A stretch of DNA of 64,000 bases from NCBI GenBank assembly GCA_973895155.1, contig OZ316897.1:21613455-21677454 (forward strand). The letters are read 5' to 3'. Positions 1 through 11,250 of the stretch are shown here, piece after piece. Positions within the stretch are counted from its first letter, which is position 1. Each line of letters starts with the position of its first letter. The translations under genes and the position numbers were made by a program. The DNA is from Marsupella aquatica. Lineage: Eukaryota; Plantae; Marchantiophyta. Under the pieces are notes generated by a model, which worked only from the letters and a program-made list of their open reading frames with translations, was not told the origin of the DNA and made no database searches.

Positions 1-759
1 CCAAGAGTTGCTAAGGCAAAACTTGTGTCGAATATCTTGGCTATTTGTGTTTGCAGGGAATCTGAACTCAAAGTAAAGCCATTCTAAAGAGGAGGTATGA
101 AGCAGGGGGCTGCAAGATGATGTCTTCCTTACCTTCCTATTCTTACAACTCACCCTATTCCGCCCAAAAGAGCTCTATAGCTTTCTCACCAGAAGAGGGG
201 GTCCCTACTGGGCCTGTCAAACTGCGTTGCATGGATGGAGGTGCTTCCCATCGCCATTCTTCAGGCTGGAAATTTCCGAAGGTGTTTGTCAGAGGCCACA
301 ACAAGGAGCAGAAGGTCCGTAAGACCTGGTCGGGCAGTACTCTGGTCCATACGAACATCAATAACCGAAGGGCCAAATAAGGCACGAGAGGAACCTGTAC
401 TTCAGATTCAAGGTAAGTCAAGAAGGGAAGCTGCGAAAAAATGACGGATCAACCTCTGATTGAAAGTTTTTGACCAATGGGGGTTTCCGTATTGTTCAGG
501 GTTCATCAATTCTTCTCGAGTCTAAAATTGAGCCGCATGAGGTTGTGTATGCTATTCTTTGGTCCAAACGTAGAACTCATCGTTGTTCTCGATTCAATTG
601 CGTTGCTATCAATTTTTATTCATAACCAGAACACTGTCTCAGAATGAGCGGCGGCATTGATGTAATTGTGGTTTATAGTTTTGGTTATGATTGAGTCATC
701 ACGAATTCCTCCATGCAGTATTGGGTAAAGAAGTGGTGGCCCCAGACTACCAGTGACGC

Positions 760-1085
760 AATTGTCAACTTCTCTGGAAAAACATCTAAACTTTCCTGGC
801 AGCACGATAATAATGCCACTAGAATTTGCCAAAGTAAGTCTTGATGAAAGGAATCAGACAGAAGTGATAATGTTTGCGAAGGAGGCTCAGCGAGGCCAAT
901 CTCATGAATGCAGAGTCTGCCTTTGTGCAGGAGAACAGAACACCAAATACTATCGTAATGGTTCTTAGTTATCTAGGGAATGGTGTCCCTTAGTTTCGGA
1001 CAAGGGCCGTTGGCTGTCTGCGACACAACAATGTTGGACGTTGCGGCGATTAGCCATTTTCCTATCTTTAAGAGGTTACCTCGCC
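760..1085. repeat. Dispersed ~330-bp repeat, copy 1 (other copies at ~1400-1750 and ~10885-11250)
   Basis: Shared blocks caact(t)(t/c)tctggaa...tttgccaaagtaagtcttgatgaaagg...gaacaccaaa...tatctagggaatgg occur in all three copies. Confidence 0.8.
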
Positions 1086-1399
1086 TACGGGGTTTTGGTT
1101 GTTAACGTTCTCGTGCGATTTTCAAAAACAAAAAAGAAGAAGAATTCCCCTCTTAAGGGCTTCGTATGTGGCATCCCTGGACGTGTAGGGGTAAAATCGG
1201 ATTTCTGTTGTGGTTCCCTTGCAGCCTCGTGTCGTTATTTTATCCATAACCGTGTCTTTATGGCATGAACAAGGTTGCACATTGAGAGGCGGAATTGATG
1301 TATATCGTGGTTTACAGTTTTGGCCACTATTGAGCCATCAGGAATCCCTCCCCCATGAAGGTTTGGATAAGAGAAGCTGTTGCCCCAGACTGGCAGTTT

Positions 1400-1750
1400 A
1401 GCAAGCTTCAACTTTTCTGGAAATCATCTAATATCTTGCGTTGAAGCTCGCTAACAATAACACAGAAATTTGCCAAATCATACAATATCTTGCCTGGCAG
1501 CGCCAAAATAATGACACTAATTTTTGTCAAAGCAAATGTTGATGAAAGGGATTAGACAGAAAGGGACAGTCTGTGAAGGATGCCTCAGCCGATGAAGGTC
1601 AACCGTTGAGAGTAGCGCACCTAGAGGCCAAATTATGAATGCAGACGTGAGTCTGCCTTGTGGGGAGAAAAGAACACCAAATTACGATTGGAATGCATAA
1701 CAATTATCTAGGGAATTGGTCTCCCTTGGTTTCAGACAAGGTCCATAGAC
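1400..1750. repeat. Dispersed repeat, copy 2
   Basis: Aligns by eye with 760-1030 and 10885-11170. Confidence 0.75.
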
Positions 1751-2019
1751 TAAGAACTCAGAGGCACGACACTAAACCTTTCAGGCTCGAAATCGTGGCT
1801 TGTGATAAGCTTTATTCGAGTGAATTTTACTCGTCCCCTGACATTCTACATTCTATTGGAGATACCCTGGGAGAGTAATTTCCAGAACTTCATACAAGCA
1901 AGGAATGTACACAAAGTATAGAAAAAGGACTCTATTGACTGCTTTATTTAGATTTGCATTTTTCTTCGCTAATGAAGACACAGTAAAAGTTCTCCATCTA
2001 TCTACATAACCTCTTGCAG

Positions 2020-3426
2020 CTAGCAATAAAACCCTACACAGGGAAATCCTCCCCTCACATGAAACCTACCTATGTTCCTGCTGAATCCATAATTTATCGA
2101 GCCTAAAGAAACCAAAGAGGAAACTTTCCGTGCAACCGGCGACCACCAAAGCGGATGGAAAATCTTCCTGATGGTACGGACGGCAACCTGCACTAACGAT
2201 GCTAACTTTTTCTCTAGCTGTGCATCATTCATTTGAGCAAAGTCGGGAGTAGAGAATTTGTTCCCTCTCTGCTCAAAGACTCTGCCGAGATCTTCTTCGA
2301 GTTTCGTTATGGCTTTCTCCCTGGTCTCCTTCTGCCTTTTCTCAGTAACTCTTCGAATGCTTATGGGGGGTATGTCAACGGCCAGGGCCTTGACACCGTC
2401 CATAAAGCTTGGAAGCGTGTCTATGTTTTCTTCGAGCCACTTTCCGTCTGCTGAGGTGAAGAGAATAAGGAAAGCCTCTTCTGCACCCTTGAACAATTGA
2501 GAGAACAGCAACCAATTTATCCGGTCCACTACAGTCCATCTGGTTGCCTTCTGGACAAATATAATGTGGGAGTACTCATCCTTGACATTCTTACAAAAAG
2601 ATGTCAAATTCGATTGGCCAGTCGAAATGATTCCTGTTGTGCCTGCTTCTCGAAGTCCTGGTGTGTCAACAACTGTCCAACCCCTGCCAGACTCTTTTTT
2701 GATCTCAGACGTACAACCTCCAGGAGCATCGCTGGAAGGAAAAACAACCTGTACAATGCCTCCAGTTACAAGCGCATTGGCAACAGTGGATTTTCCGGCG
2801 CCGGCTCCCCCAAACAACAGCACTCTCTTCCCCGGGTGCATCCCCGAAGCCCAAAGTCTGTCCGATTTTGAAATGGTTCTCGTGTCCGCTTCCATGGTGG
2901 ATGACTGAAGTTGTGCGGGAGGGGCAAGTCTTCTGTTATCACCCTGAACTAGTTTAACGATTACCCTATCCATTTGGAGACCACGTCGCAAATTTTGTGG
3001 CACTCGTGCGCCCTCCATGAATTGGAGCCAGTCAACAGTAAGCATTCCCACAGTGAGCATCTCAACCAGACAAGACACGCATGTTTCTTTGTAACCTACC
3101 AGAAGAACGGACTGCTCACTGCAGGACTGTACTGCTACTGTCTCTACTGAACGCGGGTCGCATCGTGCTGAACGGACAGTAGCAAGCAGCGTTCCTTCTC
3201 CGAGAGTCTCGATTGTTATGGTCTTTCTAGCATCGGCTCTCCCGAACAGTTCCACTTTCTTCTCCAGGTCCGATTGCGAAATGGGTCCCGTGTCCAATTT
3301 CGAAATGGTTTTTGTGTGCGATTTCAGCCTTCCGGTGAGCAACTTCAGGTGACGTGCTAGCGAGCCCATCCTCTCAAGAACCAACCGTCGTAGTTGCCAA
3401 CGTTCCACGTCCAATGCCGGAGACAT
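2020..3426 (-). CDS. Intronless P-loop GTPase (AIG1/IAN-like G domain) with an uncharacterised N-terminal region
   Basis: 468-aa ORF; G1 GGAGAGKS, G2 GGCT, G3 VVDTPG, G4-like LILFTSAD. Confidence 0.8.
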   Translation of the reverse strand: MSPALDVERWQLRRLVLERMGSLARHLKLLTGRLKSHTKTISKLDTGPISQSDLEKKVELFGRADARKTITIETLGEGTLLATVRSARCDPRSVETVAVQSCSEQSVLLVGYKETCVSCLVEMLTVGMLTVDWLQFMEGARVPQNLRRGLQMDRVIVKLVQGDNRRLAPPAQLQSSTMEADTRTISKSDRLWASGMHPGKRVLLFGGAGAGKSTVANALVTGGIVQVVFPSSDAPGGCTSEIKKESGRGWTVVDTPGLREAGTTGIISTGQSNLTSFCKNVKDEYSHIIFVQKATRWTVVDRINWLLFSQLFKGAEEAFLILFTSADGKWLEENIDTLPSFMDGVKALAVDIPPISIRRVTEKRQKETREKAITKLEEDLGRVFEQRGNKFSTPDFAQMNDAQLEKKLASLVQVAVRTIRKIFHPLWWSPVARKVSSLVSLGSINYGFSRNIGRFHVRGGFPCVGFYC

Positions 3427-3904
3427 CCTGGAATCTCAAAGTCTGTCCGCCCTCTAGCGAATTTCCTACAAGTATGGCTGTGACAGAATGAACTCGACCT
3501 CCCTCCGGTTTCTCTGACTGAAGCTCTTCCCCTGGTCCCAAGTTGAACTCGAGAAACTCCGACCTCACTCACTACTGAACGAATGAGAGACTGCAAACGA
3601 ATTGATGCTAGTCCCAATTTCTGACTTGTGTTATCGCCCAGTTCCAACTTGAAGAATGAATTCTCTCGTGATACACAAGGGAGGACTGACCGGCAAAAGT
3701 AGCATCCGTCGGTCCCATCCGTCGGTGTAACAAATCACACCACACTAACTCCTCTTTCTCACAAAGATTTCAGAAACATGTTGTAGCGTCTCACCCCACT
3801 CTCACTTCCTCTTTCTGTACAATCAGTGTGCCTGTTCGACAGTCCGCTCGCTTCCAATTGCGCCCTCCCAGTCCTGACAGTGAAATCTTCCGTGACAGAG
3901 TGAG

Positions 3905-4446
3905 TCCGTCTGAACCAGTCGAACACGTTTTAATTTCTCTGCTTTTCCCGAAAAATCGTCGCCACGAGATTTTCTGGCTGCACCGAGATTTTCTGGCTAC
4001 ACCGGCAGTACGAGCCTGCCGCATGTAATTGGCACATCCCGTCGTGGTATTCGGCCATTTGCCGGACCTTAGGCCCAAGACACGTTTCGGGGCCGCACTT
4101 TCACGGTCTAGATTTGCGGCCACGCAGAACATTTGGCGTACTTCCCACCTCTCCTTCGGTCTGCTCGTCTCCATAAATTCACGTTCTCGTCCTGAGTTCG
4201 GTATGAATCCACTCTCGACTCCATTCTCTCTACGTATCTCGAATTGCATTAATTGCAATCAGTCAAAGTTCATCAAGTGATCCCCCTCTGTCCTGTTCGA
4301 CTCTCAATTCCTCCTCAATTTCGTTGGGCATATTTTCTGTAAGTTTCGCTGTCTGTCTGTGTACACCAAATGGTATCAACTGTGGCTGCAGCGATGTCGT
4401 CAAGCTCAGCAATGCTGGGAGGACTGGCTAGGCTACCTGCACAGGA
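3905..4446 (+). pseudogene. Inverted duplicate of the ELIP promoter, 5'UTR and first ~25 codons, truncated by LINE-derived sequence
   Basis: Reverse complement of ~13630-14125; ATG at 4370 gives MVSTVAAAMSSSSAMLGGLARLP versus MASSVVVAMSSSSVMLGGLARLP in the intact gene. Confidence 0.85.
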
Positions 4447-4509
4447 AAACTTTTCTCATTTGCACCAAAGAACTTTAAGAAAAGCCTTGGCGCCAATCTG
4501 ACAGGGCTT

Positions 4510-4680
4510 TTCTTAAACTTCATTGGTGCTACAACGTTCTTAAAGTTCATTGGTGCTACAACTCTTTATCACTCCACAGCAATTCTTAAAGTTCATTGGT
4601 GCTACAACGCTTTATCACTCCACAGCAATTCTTAAAGTTCATTGGTGCCACAACGCTTTATCACTCCACAGCAATTTGCA
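4510..4680. repeat. Tandem ~46-bp repeat (ttcttaaagttcattggtgctacaacgctttatcactccacagcaa) x3 plus a partial copy
   Basis: Directly visible; overlaps the start of the LINE RT remnant. Confidence 0.85.
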
Positions 4681-5420
4681 TTCCTGCCTGGGCACATCCA
4701 CCACTCACTCATGTTGCTCAATGAGATGTTACACCATGCTGACCAGTGTAAACTTGACATCATTCTCATGAAGCTGGATGTTACTAAAGTTTTTGACATG
4801 TTGGAATTTTCTCTTGGGCATAATGGAAAGAGTTGGAATTAATGGCCTTATTCTGCAATTCCTGGGTGCGACCCATGCTTCCTCCTCTTGGGCTGTGCTT
4901 TTGAATGGCAGAATGGCTAATGGCTTCAACCTGGCCCACTCTGTTCGACAGGGATGCCCCTTGTCCCCATTGCTGTTCATCATTGCCATTGATGCATTGA
5001 GTAGAATGATTCACAAGGAGGTTGGCCAGGGAACCATTCTGGGGTCCAGATCCAGTCAGTTGGGGTACATACTGTCCACAACATGTTTGCTGATGATGCG
5101 TCTCTTCTCATTAGGGCTGTCATGGCAGTGGTTATGAAGTGCATGGAGATGTTTGATCTGTTTGATCTGTTTGGCCTTGCTTCGGGTCTTTTTTGCAATT
5201 GGGAAAAGACAAAAGCCACTTACATCTCACCTCATCCGATTACACTGGATTTTCAATTGTTACCCTAGAAATGGGAGACTGATCAAAGTGCTAGTAAACT
5301 GCTTGGCATCCTATTACGCAGCACTTCTGAGAGGAGTTGATGGTCTCAACCTTATCTCTGAAGCTGGAGAACCGGCCGGATAGGATGAGCAAGGGCACTG
5401 CATCGTTGGCTGCAATAGTT
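4650..5420 (+). mobile_element. Degenerate LINE (L1-type) reverse transcriptase fragment
   Basis: Motifs QFAFLPG, MKLDVTKVFD, VRQGCPLSPLLF, MFADDA, FGLASGL..NWEKT; frameshifted. Confidence 0.9.
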
Positions 5421-5550
5421 ACTATTAGGGCATCTTTTTTTTATTAATCTTTCGGGACGCCTACAAGGCACTCAGGTCACCCGCAACACGCTACTACCAG
5501 GAAAATATCTTGAAGGGTCAGTGAAATATGTGTCACACCATTCTAGGTAG

Positions 5551-6113
5551 TGTTAGAGTGTATCATACTATCTAGATCCGTATGTTTGGTATGTGTGCTA
5601 TATGAGCCAATAAAGTTCCGTTAGGTTTGTGTGAGAGGGTAGTTCTCTCTTGTGAGGCATTGCAAGGTTACCTTTCAATGTTGAGCCTTGGAGAGGGGAG
5701 CTTGTGTGGTGGCTGTGGTGGCTGAGAGCTTTCTCTATGTAGCATGGATTCATTGAGTGCAAGGTGCGTTGGCTCGACATATGTGTGTGATCGGATCGGA
5801 TGAGATTGAGTGCGTATTGTTGGCGTCGATTGTTGTTCCAATTGTCGTGAAGATTATTGTGGGTTTGGACATGTGTGGACATGAGTTCCACTAGCTTGTT
5901 TTCCATTCTCTTATGTTTGTGATGTGGTAGTGTGACTATGTCTGGATGTATGTGACAAGCGATGTATGTTGTGTAGCGATGTGTATGCGCACGACATATG
6001 AGACGGGTCGCGGGTGAATATGCAACTGGGTTGCCCCTATAACTGCGTCGTGGGTGCTCATGCAAATTGGTTTCCGCCTAACTGCAGTTAACCGTACGTA
6101 GACAATGTTGACA
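5551..6113. mobile_element. Possible LTR-like remnant
   Basis: Starts TGTTAG, is GT-rich and ends near TGTTGACA; no matching TSD found. Confidence 0.3.
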
Positions 6114-6269
6114 CCTCACTCTGCTTCCCCCCTCAAATTTTGAACCCGCCAACAACAATTACATGCTCCATGAATGCTTTGGACAAATGCACCGACATTT
6201 CAAATTGGCATTCCCTCGCTCAATTTTGAGGCTGAGCTCGAATTGCGCAGGATTGACATTACAACAACA

Positions 6270-7940
6270 AAAATGGCAAGGACAAATGGGCATTTTGAGA
6301 GCGTCATTCCTAACTCCTAGCCTCCTGAATTGCTCCTCAACATGGTGCCACCAGCTTCTGCCATGGCTCCAAGTGGAGACAATCTAAGCTATTGCCAGTG
6401 CACCTTGCTCACATCGTGGATTGGTTGGAAGTGCCAGAGAACTTTGCTATTAATGCTCAATGGGACCATTAGCTGCCCTTATGTTACTGGTAAACATCCG
6501 CCAAAGAAGACTGTGTTCAAAAAGACGCTTATCGACCTCCATGACGTTGGTTTTCCTAAATTTGTCGCCATAGGATATAACCTTGGGAAGCAGTTTCAAC
6601 GTTTCATAAAAAAGTACAAGGAGGCCCTAGCGATGAAGTGAGACTTTGGTGCGGGATTGACAAATGTTGAATTGAGGCAAGGTCTTACACTAGCAGATAA
6701 GTACGAGAAGGTGTGTCCCCATTTCGAGCGCATGCATGCAATCTATGGGGAGAGAGTGTCACCTCCCAGCACAGCCGCATGTGGGTTCCAAAGCATCAAG
6801 AACTATACGTTGATGAGGGTTTGGATGACGATGAGCTTCCTGAATCATCATTTCCAATCCATGATGACCTGGACTACCACGATTTAGGTAAGTTCATCTC
6901 TTTCTCATTTGCCTTCAGATCATCATGCACGTCATGATCATTTTTCCCATCATTGTTGCTGGATGTTTGCCAAAATTGGATTGTACACAAAATGGACATT
7001 CTACAATTACATAGTTGGGTTTCATTTAATTTGTACTCTCTGCAATCGACCCCCCCGCCGACCCCAATTTCTAGTTTGCTCAAACCATCTTCGAGGATGA
7101 GGTAGAAGGCACTCGACCTCCTACTGGAGCCAACACACCATGGGCCCTTAGTCTTAACTAATACGTGGAGGACGTACAAATGCTCAAAGGGTAGTTTTTA
7201 TTAATTTTGAACTAATAATTTGCCGATAATAAGGGAACTTTTAATAGTAAAATGGAAATAACAACGGGTAAACAGGAAAAGGTCCCGATCGCAGGGGGGT
7301 CCACTTCTTTTACACGGAGTGAGGGCCCAGGGCAACACATCAGTTGATGAGTCGCTGCCCAATACTCCAACTGAGACCCAACCGCAGCCTACATCGAATT
7401 CTCCTAGTGTGGAAGAACCAATCCCAACTCCAACTTCCACCCCGGCATCTGCACCCACACAACCACAAGGTAGGAGTAGAGGCACAACATCTGCTTATCC
7501 AACCATCACACAAGAGCGAGGTAGTCAACTACCTTGGCAAGGCAAGAGGCCATCACCCACACAGGCCAGCTCTAGGCCGAATCTAGCTGAGGTGTATGCT
7601 GAGAAATTGCAGGAGAAGAATGCTTTCAGAATTTAGATGATTGATGCAAGGGACAGATGGAAAGCTCAAGAAACTACTGACAGGAAAGAGGCCAGAGAAA
7701 CAGAAGCACTCAGGGATTGAAAAGGCAGAGTTGGCTAAAAGGGATCGAATTCAACATAGACAAGAAGAAAAACGAGCAAGAATTGACCTTCATCATCAAC
7801 TGGCTATCATCAAAGCCGAGCAAGCGACAGTGTTTCTAACAAAGGTTATCAAGCAAGATAAGGGGCCTGATCACTTTAAGACAATGATGGGTATTATACA
7901 TGCTGGAACTTTGATTGCCCTAGATGGGTCGTGCCCATAG
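6270..7940 (+). mobile_element. Degenerate PIF/Harbinger Myb/SANT-like accessory ORF
   Basis: LLTSWIG/W...KKYKEAL...YEKVCPHFERMHAIYGER, a Pro/Ser/Thr-rich linker and a coiled-coil C-terminus; convergent with the Harbinger nuclease remnant. Confidence 0.55.
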
Positions 7941-9111
7941 TTGTATTTAGTTCAATGTAGTAGTAACTTATTGCTGCTATTATTGCCAACAGCTGGTACC
8001 AAAATGCAATGACATCCAAGACCTCAATTTTTGCTCCATCGCCGGATGGATGTCATTGGCAATAAATGGGCCCACACAAATTTCCATATCAATTCAATTG
8101 ATCCCTATGTGTTATGGTTTACGACCTTTGTCAGAATTGTTGCTTTTACTGAAGAATTCTATGACTGAGGCAAAAGCTAGTGACAGATGCAAAATCGTGC
8201 AGAGATGAAACCTAATTGTAGGCCGGAGCGTTGTCTATACACAAAAATCAATGTGAATGTCCATTTCAAACACATCATGAACTCGTAGGGCAATGAGCCA
8301 AACTTTCCCAAAAACTGACGAACAACTTCGACTCATTCCATTCATGAAATCAAAATGTTACATGTTCAAAATCTACCGGATTGGATAATTATGCTGCGAT
8401 GTGCCATTGCAATCTCCAACAAATGAGGAGTAAAAACCCAGAACTGGGGTAGGAGCAGAGGCCCTTCTAAAATGGATAACTACGTAATACACAAGGAAAC
8501 GTGGCCTATTATCTAATTCAGGCAGTGGACGGCCCACTTTCGGGTACTCAACCACTCTGATCCTTACTTCCTCCTTGCTGTTCACGCTCCATGGAAGACA
8601 CATCACTCAAAGTGGACTCTCCAGTAACTGACACTGTTGTTATTGTGCTTGAAGCCTCCATGTCAAAATCGTCAACGGTTATGACTGGTAGATCAGGCAT
8701 TAGGGATCTCCCAGTAAGGGCGTGCTTCCTCTCTCCCAAAAAGAACCGCCTCTGAATAGAGTAGGGCTCGCATGGCCTTGACTTTGAGGACTTGTACACC
8801 ACGAAAGGTAGCGTCAAAATTGTGCACCCCTAAATGTAGTCGTTGGAAGGCAAGCCGAGGTGCTTTGGGCCATGATGGAAAGCCATGTATAGCAATCCAC
8901 ATGGTGGCATCAATTTGTCCCCTTCCTACAAGCCAAAGCTAAGATGTGCTCTCCATTTTTGTTGCTTCTTGATCATGAACAAAACTGGACTTCCTTCTTG
9001 CTGCATTTGACCGAATGAGAACTCAAATGTAAACTCTGAAGCTTTTGGTCCAACAAAAACTGAGGCTGGAGGGCTCGAATGTTGGTCACATGAAAATGCA
9101 GTTGGGAAACT

Positions 9112-9458
9112 TGTTGAGCATAGACTACATTCGCAACGGCAAGCCCATGAACCATCCAACGCACAATAGTGGACACAGAGAGACACGTGGTTCACCTCCA
9201 CATGAGGCTACGTCCACGGGAACACACAAGAGCTTTACTACACTCTAGGCCGAACGGCCATACCAAGTATCCACAACACAAGTTCTCCCTATCTCTCAAC
9301 TAGCTCCGTAACAATGAGCCTAAGTTCCACTCAGGGTCTGGCATCAGCCCTGGCTATATGCACAATAGCACTACCGCTAACATTAGCTAAGTCCTAACCC
9401 GAGTTAGACTAACTGTAGTTAGCTCATGAGTCAACAAGACTAAGAGCAATATCTAACA
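9112..9458. mobile_element. Solo LTR (family A, copy 1)
   Basis: TGTTGAGCA...CTAACA ends; 5-bp flanks aaact/caact (TSD with one mismatch); homologous to 51758-52100. Confidence 0.8.
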
Positions 9459-9749
9459 CAACTCACATGAAAACGCATTGTCCATTGACAGTACATAATG
9501 TTATCGGAGGTACTTTTAGTGGTCTATTTCTCAAAAACAAAATGTGACACAAGCCAGGAGCACATGCCTAAACCTGCCAAGTGTGCAGAGTTACTCCCCC
9601 ACGCTACATAGAAATCTTCCAGGGGCCCTATTAAATTGCATGGCAAAATCCATGACCTGCACTAGCAAGGCATTTCTTGCCTGTGATGTTGCTCGCCTTG
9701 ATGCCCTGGGACGTCCTTCATAGTCGGATGGGTTAGCACCATCCACCTC

Positions 9750-10370
9750 AACCTGGTCATCCTCTGTCCACTCATCGTTTTCACTAATGACATAATTGTG
9801 CAGTTACAAAGAGTAATCCATCTCACCATCCAAACTGAATCCTTTTTTTTGATTCAGCTGCACTCTTATCTCTTTTAGTGAATGCCAACGTGACTTGAGA
9901 ACTCCAATACAGTGTTCATTTGTAACTTGACATTTTGCCACACAAGTGTTGAAGTCCTCTCTGTTGTTTGATATAATTATCAGCCCGTTTGAAGGAACAT
10001 ACTAAATGGGGACAGGCCTGGTAGCCAGAGTGGCCCAATAAATATTGCCCTTCCTGGAACAATATGTTGGACCCACCTGGTTGCAGTAGTCCCAAAAGGG
10101 CCGGGGGACCTCCTAAGGCTAGTCAAGTCACCACATGATCCTGGCATTCCTGAATCATTCCAAACTTGAAGTTCAGTGGCCGGAAGGAATTCAAACACAT
10201 AATTACAAGAGAAAATTAAAAAATTAAGCTATGCAAGAAGGGATCAAAGTACCTGTGAACATGAAAGTAATTCTTCGGTTGTGGTCACACACAACTTGTG
10301 TGTTAATGGAGTACCGGCTCTTCCTATCATGCCCACAATGATAACTCCCAAGACATACCCCTGAGGGACA
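9750..10370 (-). mobile_element. Degenerate PIF/Harbinger DDE nuclease (HARBI1/DDE_Tnp_4-like)
   Basis: Minus-strand translations DRKSRYSINTQVVCDHNRRITFMFTG and EDFNTCVAKCQVTNEHCIGVLKSRWHSL. Confidence 0.75.
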
Positions 10371-10399
10371 ACGCCAATGGGAAGAAGTAGAGGAACATG

Positions 10400-10845
10400 C
10401 CCGAACACCTATCTATGAGGGTGCTCGTTTGAGTCATCTTTTAGCCACCTTATGTTACCCACTTAGAATGTGTTGCCTCCCGGTGTTGCCAGCAACTTGG
10501 AAGGAGGCAAAGAGTGTTCTCTCATCTATTGGCATGGAATATGATATTGTTCATGCATGTGTGAATGCCTACATGTTATTTCACGGGGTCAATGCAAACA
10601 AGACACAATGTACAACATGTGATGAGCCTCGCTATGACCCCAACTTGTTCACAAAGAAGGTGCCAAGGAAGGCTGCTCGTTGGTTTCCTATCATTCCTCG
10701 GTTGTTGCACATTGTCAATGTTTTGACTTGGCAGAGTTGATGGTATGGCATAAAACTCATCAGTCAGAGTCTGGTGTCATGCGGTTGCCAGTTGATTCCC
10801 TTGCTCACAAATATATTGAGGCAACATCGTCAGACTTTGTTGTGG
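10400..10845 (+). mobile_element. CACTA Tnp2 transposase fragment
   Basis: LPATWKEAK..IGMEYDIVHACVN..C..CDEPRY..WFPIIPRL..MVWH..DS. Confidence 0.85.
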
Positions 10846-10884
10846 TTTACACTTTTCGCCACTGTTGAGGCATCACTAATTCCA

Positions 10885-11250
10885 ATAGTCAACTTTCTGG
10901 AATTTATCAAATAACTTGCTTAGCAGCACGTTACAATGTCACTGAAATTTACCAAAGTAAATCTTGATGAAAGGATTTAGACAAAAAGGGAGTGAAGGAT
11001 GTTTCAACTGAGGAAGGCCAGTTGTTGAGATTAGCACACTGCAGGTTATCTCATGAATGCACGCATAAGTCGGCCTTTGTGGAGTAGAAGAGAACACCAA
11101 ATTACTGTTGGAAAGCTTCTTCGTTATCTTGGGAATGGTGTCCCTTTGTTTAGAAAAGGACCGCTTTGCTGTCTGAGACACAACAAGGTTGGAGACTCAG
11201 AGGTAGCGGTGAATAGTCACTCTCCTATCTTTAAGAGGTGACCTAGCTCA
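10885..11250. repeat. Dispersed repeat, copy 3
   Basis: Matches 760-1085 including ctatctttaagagg(t/g)(t/g)acct. Confidence 0.75.

Noticed and set aside
3791-4280. ORFs of 155 and 83 aa similar to ORF 13896-14141
   Set aside because: The similarity comes from the duplicated ELIP promoter DNA, not from a conserved protein.
8373-9110. Short minus-strand ORFs between the Harbinger ORFs
   Set aside because: No motif I can assign; fragmented.
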